A DNA stretch of 64,000 nt from assembly GCA_913043225.1 (NCBI GenBank), contig CAJWLU010000007.1, forward strand, positions 64,001 to 128,000, read 5' to 3'. Of this stretch, positions 8,543 through 19,055 are shown in pieces. The position numbers and the translations under genes are program-made. Origin of the DNA: an uncultured Acidobacteriota bacterium. Lineage in GTDB: Bacteria; Acidobacteriota; Vicinamibacteria; Vicinamibacterales; UBA8438. Positions within the stretch are counted from its first letter, which is position 1, and every line of letters starts with the position of its first letter. The notes under the pieces are model-generated. The model was not told the DNA's origin, made no database searches, and worked only from the letters and a program-made list of their open reading frames with translations.

Positions 8543-10501
8543 ATGAGAGCTCATTCGAAGTTGACCCTGGCCGGTGCACTGACCGCGCTGCTCGTGACCT
8601 TGCCCGCCGTGGCACAGGAGCCGAGCACGGCCAATGGAGAGTGGCCATCCTACGGCGGCAACCTCTCCCACGACCGTTACTCGCCACTTGACCAAATCAC
8701 GGCCGAGAACTTCAGTGACCTGGAGCTGGCGTGGACCTTCAATACCGACAATCTTGGCCCGCGGCCGGAGAACCAGTATCAGTCCACTCCGCTGATGGTA
8801 AACGGCATCCTGTATGTCACCGCCGGCACCCGCAGGGCCGCCGTCGCCCTCGACCCCGCGACAGGAGAGCTACTCTGGATGCACCGGGTCGATGAAGGCG
8901 AACGGGGCGATGAGGCGCCTCGACGGCTGTCCGGTCGCGGACTCGCCTACTGGGACGACGGCGTGGACGGCGTCATCATGTACGTCACCCCGGGCTACCA
9001 GCTGGTCGCGGTCAACGCGCTGACCGGCCACCCGATGGAGGCCTTCGGTGACAACGGCATCGTGGATCTGAAGCAGAACATCGACCAGGACCTGGAGCCG
9101 ACCTCAGAAATCGGCCTCCACGCGGCCCCGATTGTCGCCGGCGACACGATCTTCATCGGTGCGGCCCACCTCCCCGGCGGCGCCCCGCCATCGCGTACCA
9201 ACGTCAAGGGCTTCGTGCGCGGCTTCGACGCGCGTACCGGCGACCGGAAGTGGATCTTCCACACGATTCCGCAGGGCGACGAGTTCGGCAACGACTCCTG
9301 GGGCAACGATTCCTGGCGATACACCGGAAACACTGGCGTGTGGGCTCAATGGGCGGCCGACCCAGAACTGAACATGGTGTATTTCCCAGTCGAGGCCCCG
9401 ACGGGCGACTACTACGGCGGGCACCGCCCTGGCGACAACCTGTTCTCCGGCAGCGTCGTGGCCGTGGACCTCGATACCGGCGAACGTGTCTGGCACTACC
9501 AGACCGTCCACCACGACATCTGGGACTGGGACCTGCCCGCGGCGCCGGTGCTCCTTGATATCACCGTCGACGGCCGCGAAATCAAGGCCTTGATCCAGCC
9601 CACGAAGCAGAACTATATGTTCGTGCTGAACCGAGAGACCGGTGAGCCGGTCTGGCCCATCGACGAGGTACCGGTCCAGGCGGGCGATGTCCCCGGCGAA
9701 GTGTATGCCCCGACGCAGCCGATTCCGACCAAGCCGCCCCCGGTGGACGAAGTCGACCTGAGCGAAGACCATCTGGTGGACTACACGCCGGAATTGCGCC
9801 GCCGGGCGCAGGAGATCTACGACAAACACACGATCGGTTGGCTGTATGACCCGCCGACGGTGGCCGAGCCGGGCATGCTTGGCACACTCCAGCTGCCGAA
9901 CTCGACCGGTGGCGTGAACTGGCCGGGCGCCTCGGCCGACCCCGAGACCGGATTCTTCTACGTCTACACGAAGACCCAGATAGGAGCACTGGGCCTGATC
10001 AACGACCCCGAGCGCTCGGATATGGACTTCATCCGTGGCCGTCCCGAGGGGGTCAGCTTCCGCGACGCATCAACCTCCATCGACGGCTTCCCGATGATCA
10101 AGCCGCCCTGGGGACGGATTACAGCCATCAACATGAATACGGGCGACATCGCCTGGCAGATCCCGCACGGTGAGGCCCCGGATAACGTCCGGAACCACCA
10201 GCTCCTCGAAGGGCAGGATATCGGTCGCACCGGCTGGCCTGGACGGGTCGGCGTGCTCGTAACTAAGGCCCTCGTCGTAGCGGGCGAATCGGGCTACTAC
10301 ACCACCGAAGAGGGTGAGCCTGGGGCCATGCTCCGCGCCTACGACAAGGCGACGGGCGCAGAGGTGGGTGCCGTCTACATGAGCGCCCCGCAAACGGGCT
10401 CCCCGATGACCTACTCGGTGGACGGCGAGCAGTACATCGTCCTGGCCACGAGCGGTGGTGGCCAATCGGGCCGCCTCCTCGCCTACAAGCTGGCCGAGTA
10501 G
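8543..10501 (+). CDS. Secreted PQQ-dependent dehydrogenase (glucose/quinate/shikimate family, no 5-TM anchor)
   Basis: Signal peptide (AVAQE). Motifs RYSPLDQIT..N, STPLMVNG, HHDIWDWD and KPPWG. Confidence 0.88.
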   Translation: MRAHSKLTLAGALTALLVTLPAVAQEPSTANGEWPSYGGNLSHDRYSPLDQITAENFSDLELAWTFNTDNLGPRPENQYQSTPLMVNGILYVTAGTRRAAVALDPATGELLWMHRVDEGERGDEAPRRLSGRGLAYWDDGVDGVIMYVTPGYQLVAVNALTGHPMEAFGDNGIVDLKQNIDQDLEPTSEIGLHAAPIVAGDTIFIGAAHLPGGAPPSRTNVKGFVRGFDARTGDRKWIFHTIPQGDEFGNDSWGNDSWRYTGNTGVWAQWAADPELNMVYFPVEAPTGDYYGGHRPGDNLFSGSVVAVDLDTGERVWHYQTVHHDIWDWDLPAAPVLLDITVDGREIKALIQPTKQNYMFVLNRETGEPVWPIDEVPVQAGDVPGEVYAPTQPIPTKPPPVDEVDLSEDHLVDYTPELRRRAQEIYDKHTIGWLYDPPTVAEPGMLGTLQLPNSTGGVNWPGASADPETGFFYVYTKTQIGALGLINDPERSDMDFIRGRPEGVSFRDASTSIDGFPMIKPPWGRITAINMNTGDIAWQIPHGEAPDNVRNHQLLEGQDIGRTGWPGRVGVLVTKALVVAGESGYYTTEEGEPGAMLRAYDKATGAEVGAVYMSAPQTGSPMTYSVDGEQYIVLATSGGGQSGRLLAYKLAE

Positions 10502-10525
10502 ACGTCAGCGCTCTGGAGATCCCCG

Positions 10526-10565
10526 CGCCCCACGAGCCAGTCGGCTCGTGGGGCGTTGCTGTTTC
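10526..10565 (+). terminator. Probable intrinsic terminator
   Basis: 13-bp perfect stem CGCCCCACGAGCC/GGCTCGTGGGGCG with a T-rich tail, after the PQQ dehydrogenase stop. Confidence 0.7.
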
Positions 10566-10573
10566 TGGCCACC

Positions 10574-11464
10574 GTGACTGCCATCAGAACCCGGTTCGTC
10601 TCAGCCAATGGGCTCGAGTTCGAAGTGCACGAGTGCGGTCAGGGCGACCGCCTGGCGCTCTGTCTGCACGGATTTCCCGAGTCGGCCTACTCCTGGCGGC
10701 ACCAGCTCCCACTCCTGGCCGAGCTCGGCTATCGAGCCTGGGCGCCCAACTTGCGTGGCTACGGAGGATCCAGCCGACCGGCAGGCGTGGACGCATATCG
10801 AATCGAACACCTAGTCGAGGACGTCGTGACCCTGATCGACGCCGCGGGAGCGTCGCGGACCGTGCTCCTCGGGCACGACTGGGGTGGCGGCATTGGGTGG
10901 ATGACGGCCCTCACCCGCGCCTGTCCGCTCGACGGTCTCGTCATTATGAACGCGCCCCACCCCCTCCGCTTCGTCGAGGAACTGTTCCGCTGGCCGCAGA
11001 TCTGGCGCTCCTGGTATGTCTTCGCGTTCCAGATCCCCTGGCTACCGGAACGGCTCCTCGCCCGCGCCAACGCACGTCCGATAGCCGATGCGTTCCTGGA
11101 TCTGGCGGTCGACCAATCGCGCTTCCCGCCCGAAGTGCTCGACGTCTACCGGACCCAAGCGATCCTGCCGGGGGCCCTGACCGCGATGGTCAACTACTAC
11201 CGAGCCAGCCGCCACATCCTGCAGGCCCCCCGCCCCTTCTTGACCCGCCGCATCGACACACCGACGCTGGTAATATGGGGTGAAGCTGACACTGCTCTGG
11301 GCCTCGAACTACTCGACCACCTCGAGCCGCTCGTCGAAGACCTGACGGTCCATCGTCTACCTAGCGTCTCACACTGGGTGCAGCAGGAAGCGCCTGAGCA
11401 GGTGAACGATCTGCTAGCAGCCTGGCTTCGGCAGCTCGATGCGACGGGGACACGACCGACCTGA
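10574..11464 (+). CDS. Alpha/beta hydrolase, epoxide hydrolase family
   Basis: Motifs LHGFPE, GHDWGG, NYYRA, WGEAD and SHWVQQE. GTG start chosen. Confidence 0.88.
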   Translation: MTAIRTRFVSANGLEFEVHECGQGDRLALCLHGFPESAYSWRHQLPLLAELGYRAWAPNLRGYGGSSRPAGVDAYRIEHLVEDVVTLIDAAGASRTVLLGHDWGGGIGWMTALTRACPLDGLVIMNAPHPLRFVEELFRWPQIWRSWYVFAFQIPWLPERLLARANARPIADAFLDLAVDQSRFPPEVLDVYRTQAILPGALTAMVNYYRASRHILQAPRPFLTRRIDTPTLVIWGEADTALGLELLDHLEPLVEDLTVHRLPSVSHWVQQEAPEQVNDLLAAWLRQLDATGTRPT

Positions 11465-11469
11465 GGAGC

Positions 11470-13767
11470 TTAGTCGACGTCGTCGTCAGGATCTGGCGAC
11501 TCGTCATCGACAGAGGGCTTCGGCTCAGGTTCGGTCCGCAGCACAATGTCATGGGCGGCGGCCACCATCGTGACCAGCGGCAGTTCGCGTGGAATCCGTT
11601 CGACCGGGTCGCCAAACGGGTTCAACAAACAGCTCCCCTCAACCTGGAGAGGCAGGAACACGATGGTCGCATCCGCCGACCACTCGACCACGGCGTCTGC
11701 ATCGGCATCCACCACCGGGATGATCTCGGCCTCGATCCGACGCTCCTCCAAGCGATAGCGCAGGTTCGCCGCCACCTTCTGCTCGCCCCCTTGCGGTGCC
11801 GGTGCCAGCAGTCTGAGATCGGCATCTTCCCAGGTCTCTGTCCGGGTCATCAAATAGGCAAACAGCAGCGCCAACCGCGAGGAATCATCCTCCGACCACC
11901 AGACATCGATGCGTCGCTTCTCCGCGAGCGTCTCGGCCAGCCGAAGCCAGTCATCCTCACCAGCGTCGAATACCACCAGGTTGTGCCCCAGCGACATCGC
12001 GCGCTGCAGGAGCCGACCAAACCTAAGCGTGGGTGAGGTCGACGCTCCATCTTCGTGCTCGAGCCAGTTAACGGCCACGGTGTTGGCCCGGATCGGTCCC
12101 ATCCCCCACGACTGCAGCAGCGTCATGGCGGCAATCGGCAGGTTGGGGGCCGCGAGCACGAGCGGATAGGCGTCCAGCTTCTCGCGGTGAAGCTCCGCCC
12201 GCAGCTTCGCCTCGGCCGACTGGCGCGCCGCCTGCACCGAGGCCGACCCGCTGTCGCCCTCGAGCAGCTGCACGGCGGTGATGAGACCGGTGCCGCCACT
12301 GATCCACGAGGCTAGTTTAAGCATCGGCGCACGACGTTTCTCGGTGTCGGTAAACAACAGGACCTGCGGCTGCCAATCGACGGGGCTCTCCTTCTGGTCG
12401 GCCAACTCGCGCAGCCCCTCCTTCACCTTCTGGTAGCGATAGGCGCGCCGGCTGTCGCGCCACCGGGTTGGCACAGCCGTCCACCGCAGGTACTGGTAAC
12501 CGGCAAACAGGAGCGCCACGGCCACAGCTGTCGCCGCCGGGTCGATGGCCAGCATGACCGCCCCGCACATGAACGTGCCGAGGAGGCTGGCGCGCGCGTC
12601 ATACCAGCGGAACCGCGGCCGAAACGCAGGGCTCGCTCCAGTCGCTTCGATATAGGTGGCGTAGTTGAGTAGGCCGTACGAAATGAGAAAGAACATCGAC
12701 ACGACCGACGCGATGGCATTCAGATCGCCCACGACGATCGTCACCAGGGCAATGATGCCGGTCAGCACGACCGCGCGGCGAGGATTCCCGGTGGCGGCGT
12801 CGACGGCAGCAAAGGTGCCCAATCCCTTGAAGAGGCGGTCGGCGGCCAACGCCTGCAGGATGCGGGGCGCGCCTAAAAACGACGCAAGAGCCGAGGACAG
12901 CGTGGCCGAGAGCACGCCGGCTCCGATCAGCCAGCCTACAGTCGCGATCCCGCTCATCGCCTCGTAGTCGCCAGCCAAATCGGCAAGCGGACGAGCCGCG
13001 GCGAACATCACGATCGCCGCCCCGTAGACGACGGCCGACAACCCCACCGCCAGGAAGGTTCCAGTCGGCAGGCTCCGTGAGGCGTCACGCAGGTCTCCCG
13101 ACATGCTGACGCCCTGGGTAAATCCCGTCACCGCCGGGAAGAAGATGGCGAACAGCGGCCAGAACTCTACCTCGACGTCCGGGTCGGCGAACAGATTGGC
13201 CTGGAGTTGGACCGGATCAAAAGCGCCGTAGGCCCCGACGAAGAACGAGGTCAGCGCCGCCACCAAAATGGCCATGATCACGTACTGGAACCGGGTGGCC
13301 AGATCGGCCCCAGCGTAGGCGAGCCCAAACAGGCACACCGCCGCCGTAGCCGCCGCGCCTTGCACCACCAGCGCTCCCCCGCCGGTCAGCGCCGCGACGC
13401 CTTCACCGAAGCCCACGCAGTAGAAGGCCACCGAGACCGCCTGGGCCAAATAAAGCAGGACGCCGAGAGCCCCGCCATACTCGACTCCCAGCGACCGCGA
13501 GATCAGGTAGTAGTCACCGCCCCCGCGCACCTTGCGGTTGGTGGCAATGGCCGACAGCGAAACGCTGGTGTTGACCGAGATGAGGGTCGCCAACCCCAGC
13601 ATGAGCAGCGCCGACAGCAGACCGGCCCCACCAACGACATAGCCCAGCCGGCGAAAGAGAATGATGCCTAGGATGGTAAGGATACTGGGCGTGAACACAC
13701 CCCCGAAGGTGCCCAGGAGGCGTTTCTGCCCTGCCGCCGTCTGCTCCTTGGAGTCGGACCCTGCCAT
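11470..13767 (-). CDS. Cation-chloride cotransporter (SLC12-like, APC superfamily)
   Basis: Motifs GVFTPSILTILGIILF, GGGDYYLISRSLG, FAIFFPAVTG, MSGDL and FFLISY, plus a cytosolic C-terminal domain (WQPQVL, IDVWW). Confidence 0.88.
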   Translation of the reverse strand: MAGSDSKEQTAAGQKRLLGTFGGVFTPSILTILGIILFRRLGYVVGGAGLLSALLMLGLATLISVNTSVSLSAIATNRKVRGGGDYYLISRSLGVEYGGALGVLLYLAQAVSVAFYCVGFGEGVAALTGGGALVVQGAAATAAVCLFGLAYAGADLATRFQYVIMAILVAALTSFFVGAYGAFDPVQLQANLFADPDVEVEFWPLFAIFFPAVTGFTQGVSMSGDLRDASRSLPTGTFLAVGLSAVVYGAAIVMFAAARPLADLAGDYEAMSGIATVGWLIGAGVLSATLSSALASFLGAPRILQALAADRLFKGLGTFAAVDAATGNPRRAVVLTGIIALVTIVVGDLNAIASVVSMFFLISYGLLNYATYIEATGASPAFRPRFRWYDARASLLGTFMCGAVMLAIDPAATAVAVALLFAGYQYLRWTAVPTRWRDSRRAYRYQKVKEGLRELADQKESPVDWQPQVLLFTDTEKRRAPMLKLASWISGGTGLITAVQLLEGDSGSASVQAARQSAEAKLRAELHREKLDAYPLVLAAPNLPIAAMTLLQSWGMGPIRANTVAVNWLEHEDGASTSPTLRFGRLLQRAMSLGHNLVVFDAGEDDWLRLAETLAEKRRIDVWWSEDDSSRLALLFAYLMTRTETWEDADLRLLAPAPQGGEQKVAANLRYRLEERRIEAEIIPVVDADADAVVEWSADATIVFLPLQVEGSCLLNPFGDPVERIPRELPLVTMVAAAHDIVLRTEPEPKPSVDDESPDPDDDVD

Positions 13768-14052
13768 GACCGGACGGCCATGATACCAGTGCGGTTTCGG
13801 CTTAGTGTGGGGGCGTCATCCTGTTGGATTCAACGGAACCTTGAAGAGCCCCGCCATCGGTGTCCCCGACGACCCCGGTCACCCTGCCCGATCAGGCTTA
13901 CGCCGCTATCCCGTCGACACTTCAGCGAACAAGAGCCCAACCAGCCACGCTCCGCACGTCTGAAGGCACCCCTCTCCAGCATCGGACCGACACTGGCCAT
14001 CCTCGAGAATCGACGATAGGCTCACACCACATTCGCTGCGGAGGACGCATTC

Positions 14053-14904
14053 ATGTTCGAAAACATCGACTACACGGTTGACGAGCCAATCGCCACCATC
14101 ACGCTGAACCGGCCGGACCGTCTCAACGCGCTGACCGGGCCGATGCTCCGCGAGCTGCAAGAGGCGGTGACCGCGGCCGAGGCAGACGAGCGGGTCGTCT
14201 CGATCCTGCTCACCGGCGCTGGTCGCGGCTTCTGCGCCGGAGCCGACATGGGCGGCCTGCAGGCCGCGAGCGAGGGCCAGGCGCGCTCGTCGATCACCCA
14301 CGATACCTCCGGTCGCCCCGGCGACTACGAGATGCTCGGCGAAGACTATGCGCTCGGCTACACCTACCTTATGGCGGTGCGGAAGCCGATCGTCGCCGCG
14401 GTCAATGGACCCTGTGCGGGTCTCGGTTTCGTGATCGCCATGCTGTGCGACATCCGGTTCGCTTCCGATAAGGCGCTCTTCACGACCGCCTTTGCCCAGC
14501 GTGGTCTCGTGGCCGAGCACGGCATCAGCTGGATCCTGCCGAGGCTGGTCGGCCCGGCACGCGCGCTTGATCTGCTGCTCAGCGCCAGGAAGATCGACGG
14601 CACCGAGGCGGAACGGCTGGGCCTCGTGAACCGAACAGTGCCCCACGAGCAGTTACTGGACGCCACCCGAGACTATCTAGTGACGATGTCAACGCGTTCG
14701 GCGCCACTGGCGCTTCAGACGATGAAGCACCAGGTCTACAAGCACCTAGACGCGCCGCTGGGTGGAGCGCTCCGCGAGTCAGCCGACCTCATGACCGCAA
14801 GCCTGACCCATACGGACTTCAAAGAAGGCGTCAACTCTTACGTCGAAAAGCGTCCGCCACGGTTCGCCCGAGTCACGGTGCCTGGTGACGGCGGCGAAGG
14901 TTAG
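14053..14904 (+). CDS. Enoyl-CoA hydratase/isomerase family protein
   Basis: Motifs LNRPDRLNAL, GRGFCAGAD, KPIVAAVNG and EKRPPRF. GGAGG RBS. Confidence 0.92.
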   Translation: MFENIDYTVDEPIATITLNRPDRLNALTGPMLRELQEAVTAAEADERVVSILLTGAGRGFCAGADMGGLQAASEGQARSSITHDTSGRPGDYEMLGEDYALGYTYLMAVRKPIVAAVNGPCAGLGFVIAMLCDIRFASDKALFTTAFAQRGLVAEHGISWILPRLVGPARALDLLLSARKIDGTEAERLGLVNRTVPHEQLLDATRDYLVTMSTRSAPLALQTMKHQVYKHLDAPLGGALRESADLMTASLTHTDFKEGVNSYVEKRPPRFARVTVPGDGGEG

Positions 14905-14924
14905 TAGCGGTCTGGGAAACTACG

Positions 14925-15683
14925 ATGACCCGTCAGGATGCGCGAAAACGCGACGAGCAGATCCTGCTTGAAGGTCCACACAGCCGGAGCCGCGACTTCC
15001 TGCTAGTCCTCCGGGCGGTGAAGGATTTCATCACCGGGTTCCGAGGTCTCCACTTCGTCGGCCCCTGTGTCACGGTGTTCGGTTCGGCCCGGTTCAAGGA
15101 AGACCACCCGTACTACGCCTTAGGACGGGACGTGGGCGCGGGACTGGCCGACATGGGGTTCACGGTGATGACCGGTGGAGGCCCTGGCCTCATGGAAGCC
15201 GCCAACCGTGGCGCCAAGGAAGCCGGCGGTCGCTCGGTCGCCTGCTCGATCCGGCTCCCGTCCGAAGAAGCGACCAACCCCTATCTAGATCGCTCGGTCC
15301 AGGCACACTACTTCTTCGTGCGGAAGGTGCTGCTGTTCAAATACTCGTATGCGTTCATCGCCTTGCCAGGCGGCTTCGGCACCATGGACGAATTATTCGA
15401 AGCGCTCACTCTCGTCCAGACCGGAAAGGTCGCCAGCTTCCCGATTGTGCTGATGGGCACCAGCTACTGGCGCCGGCTCTTGCACCTAATTCACAGGATG
15501 GAACGAGAGGGCGCGATCAGTCCGAAAGATCTGTCGCTGTGGCTGACGACCGACGACCTGGACGAAGCGCTCGCTCACGTCAAGAAACACACGATCGAGC
15601 GATTCGGTCTGCTAGAACGGCGGGTGCCAAGGCCGTCGCTGATCCTGGGCGAGCCGCGCGTCCCCGATCCCCGAGCGCCCTGA
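14925..15683 (+). CDS. LOG family (TIGR00730) nucleotide monophosphate nucleosidase
   Basis: Motifs VFGSAR, TGGGPGLMEAAN, FFVRK and PGGFGTMDE. Confidence 0.9.
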   Translation: MTRQDARKRDEQILLEGPHSRSRDFLLVLRAVKDFITGFRGLHFVGPCVTVFGSARFKEDHPYYALGRDVGAGLADMGFTVMTGGGPGLMEAANRGAKEAGGRSVACSIRLPSEEATNPYLDRSVQAHYFFVRKVLLFKYSYAFIALPGGFGTMDELFEALTLVQTGKVASFPIVLMGTSYWRRLLHLIHRMEREGAISPKDLSLWLTTDDLDEALAHVKKHTIERFGLLERRVPRPSLILGEPRVPDPRAP

Positions 15684-15688
15684 GCGGC

Positions 15689-16174
15689 TCAGGACGCGTC
15701 GACCGTGTGCACGAGCAGCACCGGGGGCTCACCGCGCCCGCCAAACTCCACTACGCCCCTGAGGCGGACCGGCCGGCCCGAGGCAGGCACCATTGCATCG
15801 CCTGCCTTTAGCCGCAGCACGGCGCCATTGGGGAGCTCGAGCTCCGGCATCTCCTCCCCCCCGACCACACCCACGGCGGTCACGTGAATCGCATCCGGGA
15901 TAAAACCAGCGTTGCGCACCGCGTCCCGGATCTCAATCAGATCGATTGCGGTGCCAGGCTCAGGAGTCACCACGACCTGGCCGTCATCGGCTCGCACGGC
16001 CACGGCCGCAACCTGGTCAATCCGACCCAACCGCCGCTCGAGCCCTTGCGCGCAGGAGGGACAGGACAACTCGACGTCGACCCGGGCCTCGACCATCCCA
16101 GAAGACTGGGCTGACAAGGTCACGAGCGCCACCATCGAGACCAGCACGGACGACACACGGAGACGTCTCCTCAT
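15689..16174 (-). CDS. Exported heavy-metal-associated (HMA) domain protein
   Basis: Signal peptide, LSCPSCA metal-binding motif, AVRNAGF. Confidence 0.75.
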   Translation of the reverse strand: MRRRLRVSSVLVSMVALVTLSAQSSGMVEARVDVELSCPSCAQGLERRLGRIDQVAAVAVRADDGQVVVTPEPGTAIDLIEIRDAVRNAGFIPDAIHVTAVGVVGGEEMPELELPNGAVLRLKAGDAMVPASGRPVRLRGVVEFGGRGEPPVLLVHTVDAS

Positions 16175-16186
16175 GCTGTGCTCCCC

Positions 16187-17419
16187 TTACCGTAGGTCGA
16201 CCGCGATCAGCGTGTTGCTGTTGCGCACATACAGCCGACCCTCGGCAAGGGCCGGGTAGGCACGTACGACACCGCGGAGTATGCCCGCGCTCGCCAACAG
16301 ACGGTACCCGTCGGGCGAAGCCAACGCCAGCACCAGCTCCCCGGACTCTCGCATGATCACAAGGTGCTCGCCAGCGAGCGTCACGCTACCGGCACCATAT
16401 CGATCCTCGCTCCAGAGCACCTCGCCCGAATCGAGCTCAACCGCGCGTAGGCTCGGCCCGTACTCCTGCCGGCCATGAAACCCGTACAGCACACCGTCCC
16501 GCTGGACCGCGGTCGCGTAGTGATTCGTCATGCTCTCGTCGCCCACCCACTCGTCGACTAGCTCGCCGGCCGCGACCTGCACGAGCGCCGCGCCGGTACC
16601 ATAGCTAGACGAAATGAAGATACGGTTCCCGTTGACCAGCGGCGTGGCGGCGTTGACCGAGGCGCCGAGACGCGAGCGCCAGCGTTTCTCGAAGCGCACG
16701 CTGCCTGAAACCGGATCGAGACCGACCAACCCAGTCCGGGTAAAGAAAAGCGCATAAGGATCGCCGTCAAATGTCGCGCCGACCGGTGATGAGTAGCTCG
16801 CCTCGTCGGTGGTGGCGGTCCACAGCTCGTCCCCGGTCGCGGCGTCGAACGCAACGATGCCGCCCTGCTGTCCGCCGACGTTGGCGATGACCCGTCCGTC
16901 GGAAACCAGGGGTGACCCGGCCGCCCCGAAGAACCCTTTGCGTACCTGGTACCGGTCGTGCGTGTCGACGCTCCAGAGCGCCGCGCCCGTAGTCAGATCC
17001 ACGGCATGCAGCTGACCTTGCGCGCCGAAGGTGTACACGATGCCGTCTTCTATGACCGGCACCGAACGGGGTCCTTCGTCGAACCCGAAGTCGTCACGGT
17101 AGGTGGTTCGGTAGGCGTGGGTCCAGACCGTCGCCCCGTTGGCGACATTGATACCCTCGAGGACCTCTTCACCGCCACGCCGATGAAAGAGCGCTAGACG
17201 GTCGCCGACGACCACCGGACCGGCAAAACCCGCCCCGATCTCGCGCTCCCACAGCACGGTGGGGCCGTCAGCCGGCCAGCTGGTGGAAAGCGCGGGCCCC
17301 GTGTAGACGCCATCACGAGCCGGACCAAGAAACTGCGGCCAGTCCTGCGCCGCGAGCGCGGCTCCCGCCAGCAGCACTGCTCCAGCCAGCCCAACGGCTC
17401 CCCTCTCCACCTGCTTCAT
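16187..17419 (-). CDS. PQQ-like beta-propeller protein (BamB-like family)
   Basis: Signal peptide, DWPQFLGP.RDG, repeated W-docking motifs. Confidence 0.8.
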   Translation of the reverse strand: MKQVERGAVGLAGAVLLAGAALAAQDWPQFLGPARDGVYTGPALSTSWPADGPTVLWEREIGAGFAGPVVVGDRLALFHRRGGEEVLEGINVANGATVWTHAYRTTYRDDFGFDEGPRSVPVIEDGIVYTFGAQGQLHAVDLTTGAALWSVDTHDRYQVRKGFFGAAGSPLVSDGRVIANVGGQQGGIVAFDAATGDELWTATTDEASYSSPVGATFDGDPYALFFTRTGLVGLDPVSGSVRFEKRWRSRLGASVNAATPLVNGNRIFISSSYGTGAALVQVAAGELVDEWVGDESMTNHYATAVQRDGVLYGFHGRQEYGPSLRAVELDSGEVLWSEDRYGAGSVTLAGEHLVIMRESGELVLALASPDGYRLLASAGILRGVVRAYPALAEGRLYVRNSNTLIAVDLR

Positions 17420-17551
17420 GCCGCCTCCCTCACGATGGCTGCGATTATACGAGCGCGTCTCACCAGGGCGGTCACTTTTGCCAGAGGCCCTGGCGATGAC
17501 GTAGGCTGTGAGGCACCAAGCTGGCGTGATGCGCTGGCCGGGTCGCTATCG

Positions 17552-18388
17552 ATGACCGCACCGTCCGCTCGCCGATCCCGTGTGACGTCGCTGCTGGCCC
17601 TACTGCTGGTCGCTGGCAGCGCGGCAACCGCGAGCGCACAGTATTTCCGCGAGGGCAACTTCCCCGCCCGCTGGCCGCCCCCGTCGATGCCGGACCGCGA
17701 CTTCGCGTTCTGCAAGCTGGCCTACACCAGCGTGCGATACGAAGAGCTCGGGATGGGGTGGCGCACCGACTACCCGTATGCGGGCATTAACTTGATGTTC
17801 CGGTTCTCGGAACTGACCACGGCGTCGATCAGCACCGACCGAAGGGGAGAGCCCAATCACTGGGTCGTCACCCTGACCGATCGCGAACTCTTTAACTGCC
17901 CGTTCGTCATGGCGGCCGACGTTGGCACCATCGGGCTGAACGGCGAGGAGGTCACCCGGCTCCGTGATTACCTGCTGAAGGGCGGATTCCTGTGGGTCGA
18001 CGACTTTTGGGGCTCGCGCGCGTGGGAGCACTGGACCTCGGAGATAGCTAGGGTGCTTCCGCCGGCCGAATATCCCATCTACGATGTCCCGCTGGAACAT
18101 CCGGTATTCCGCACCCTATCGTTTGTCGAGAAGGTACCGCAGATCACGGCGATCCAGTTCTGGGGCTGGAACGGAGGTAACACCTCGGAGCGTGGTGCGG
18201 ACAGCGCCGAGGCGCACCTGCGCGCCATCACCGACGAGGACGGCCGCATCCTGGTCCTGATGTCGCACAACACCGACGTGGCCGACGCCTGGGAGCGCGA
18301 GGGTGAGGACCCGCGGTTCTTTGAACGCTTCTCTCCAGACGGCTACGGGCTCGGCATCAACGTGCTCCTCTACGCAATGAGCCACTGA
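17552..18388 (+). CDS. DUF4159 domain exported protein
   Basis: Motifs WRTDYP.A, LRDYLLKGGFLWVDDFWG and NTDVADAWE. Confidence 0.75.
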   Translation: MTAPSARRSRVTSLLALLLVAGSAATASAQYFREGNFPARWPPPSMPDRDFAFCKLAYTSVRYEELGMGWRTDYPYAGINLMFRFSELTTASISTDRRGEPNHWVVTLTDRELFNCPFVMAADVGTIGLNGEEVTRLRDYLLKGGFLWVDDFWGSRAWEHWTSEIARVLPPAEYPIYDVPLEHPVFRTLSFVEKVPQITAIQFWGWNGGNTSERGADSAEAHLRAITDEDGRILVLMSHNTDVADAWEREGEDPRFFERFSPDGYGLGINVLLYAMSH

Positions 18389-18458
18389 GGCAGATCTCTT
18401 CGGTCCGTCGCGACCAGCCTCGACTTGCCAGACGCCGCACGTTCGCGTCGACAACACC

Positions 18459-18929
18459 ATGGCAAACACCGACGCACGAGAGTTTCAGGAACAGATCCTA
18501 GCGGCGGCCCGCAAGGTCCCTTTCTTTAACCTCGTGGGTCTCGAAGTGATTGAGGTTGCCCCCGGTCGCTCCACCACTCAGATGTCCTGGCGCGAAGATC
18601 TGGCCGGTCCGGGGGGACTGATTCATGGCGGCATGATCGCGTCACTGATCGATACCGGAACCGCCTATGCTCTGCTCCTGACCGACGAACTGCGCGATTC
18701 ATTACTGGCCGGTCGTGGTCTAGTCACCGTTGATCTCCGGGTGAAATACCTCCGGCCAGTGGCCGCCGGCCGGATCACGTGCGTATCGACGGCCACCCGG
18801 GTCGGCCGCAAGATCATCCATACCGACGCCATCGTCACCAACGACGATGACAGAGAGGTCGCCAGAGGCGACGCGCTCTACACAACCGTCGACGCCGGTC
18901 ATGGCCTCCAACATACGTCTAGTTCCTGA
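18459..18929 (+). CDS. PaaI family hotdog thioesterase
   Basis: Motifs IHGGMIASLIDT and TVDLRVKYLRP. Confidence 0.88.
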   Translation: MANTDAREFQEQILAAARKVPFFNLVGLEVIEVAPGRSTTQMSWREDLAGPGGLIHGGMIASLIDTGTAYALLLTDELRDSLLAGRGLVTVDLRVKYLRPVAAGRITCVSTATRVGRKIIHTDAIVTNDDDREVARGDALYTTVDAGHGLQHTSSS

Positions 18930-19055
18930 ACTACTCTTGGGTATTCGACGCCCAATCGTCATCCAAAGCGCTAGAACGAGCGGCGCCGACCGCCTACCCC
19001 TGGGCAGCGTCGTCAGCAAGTCGAACCGCGACGGCACCGTAGAATAGGCCCTCAC

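Noticed and set aside
8543..10501. Lanthanide-dependent PQQ enzyme because of the DxD in WDWD
   Set aside because: DxD is normal in the glucose/quinate dehydrogenase family, and the vicinal Cys-Cys of XoxF/ExaF-type enzymes is absent.
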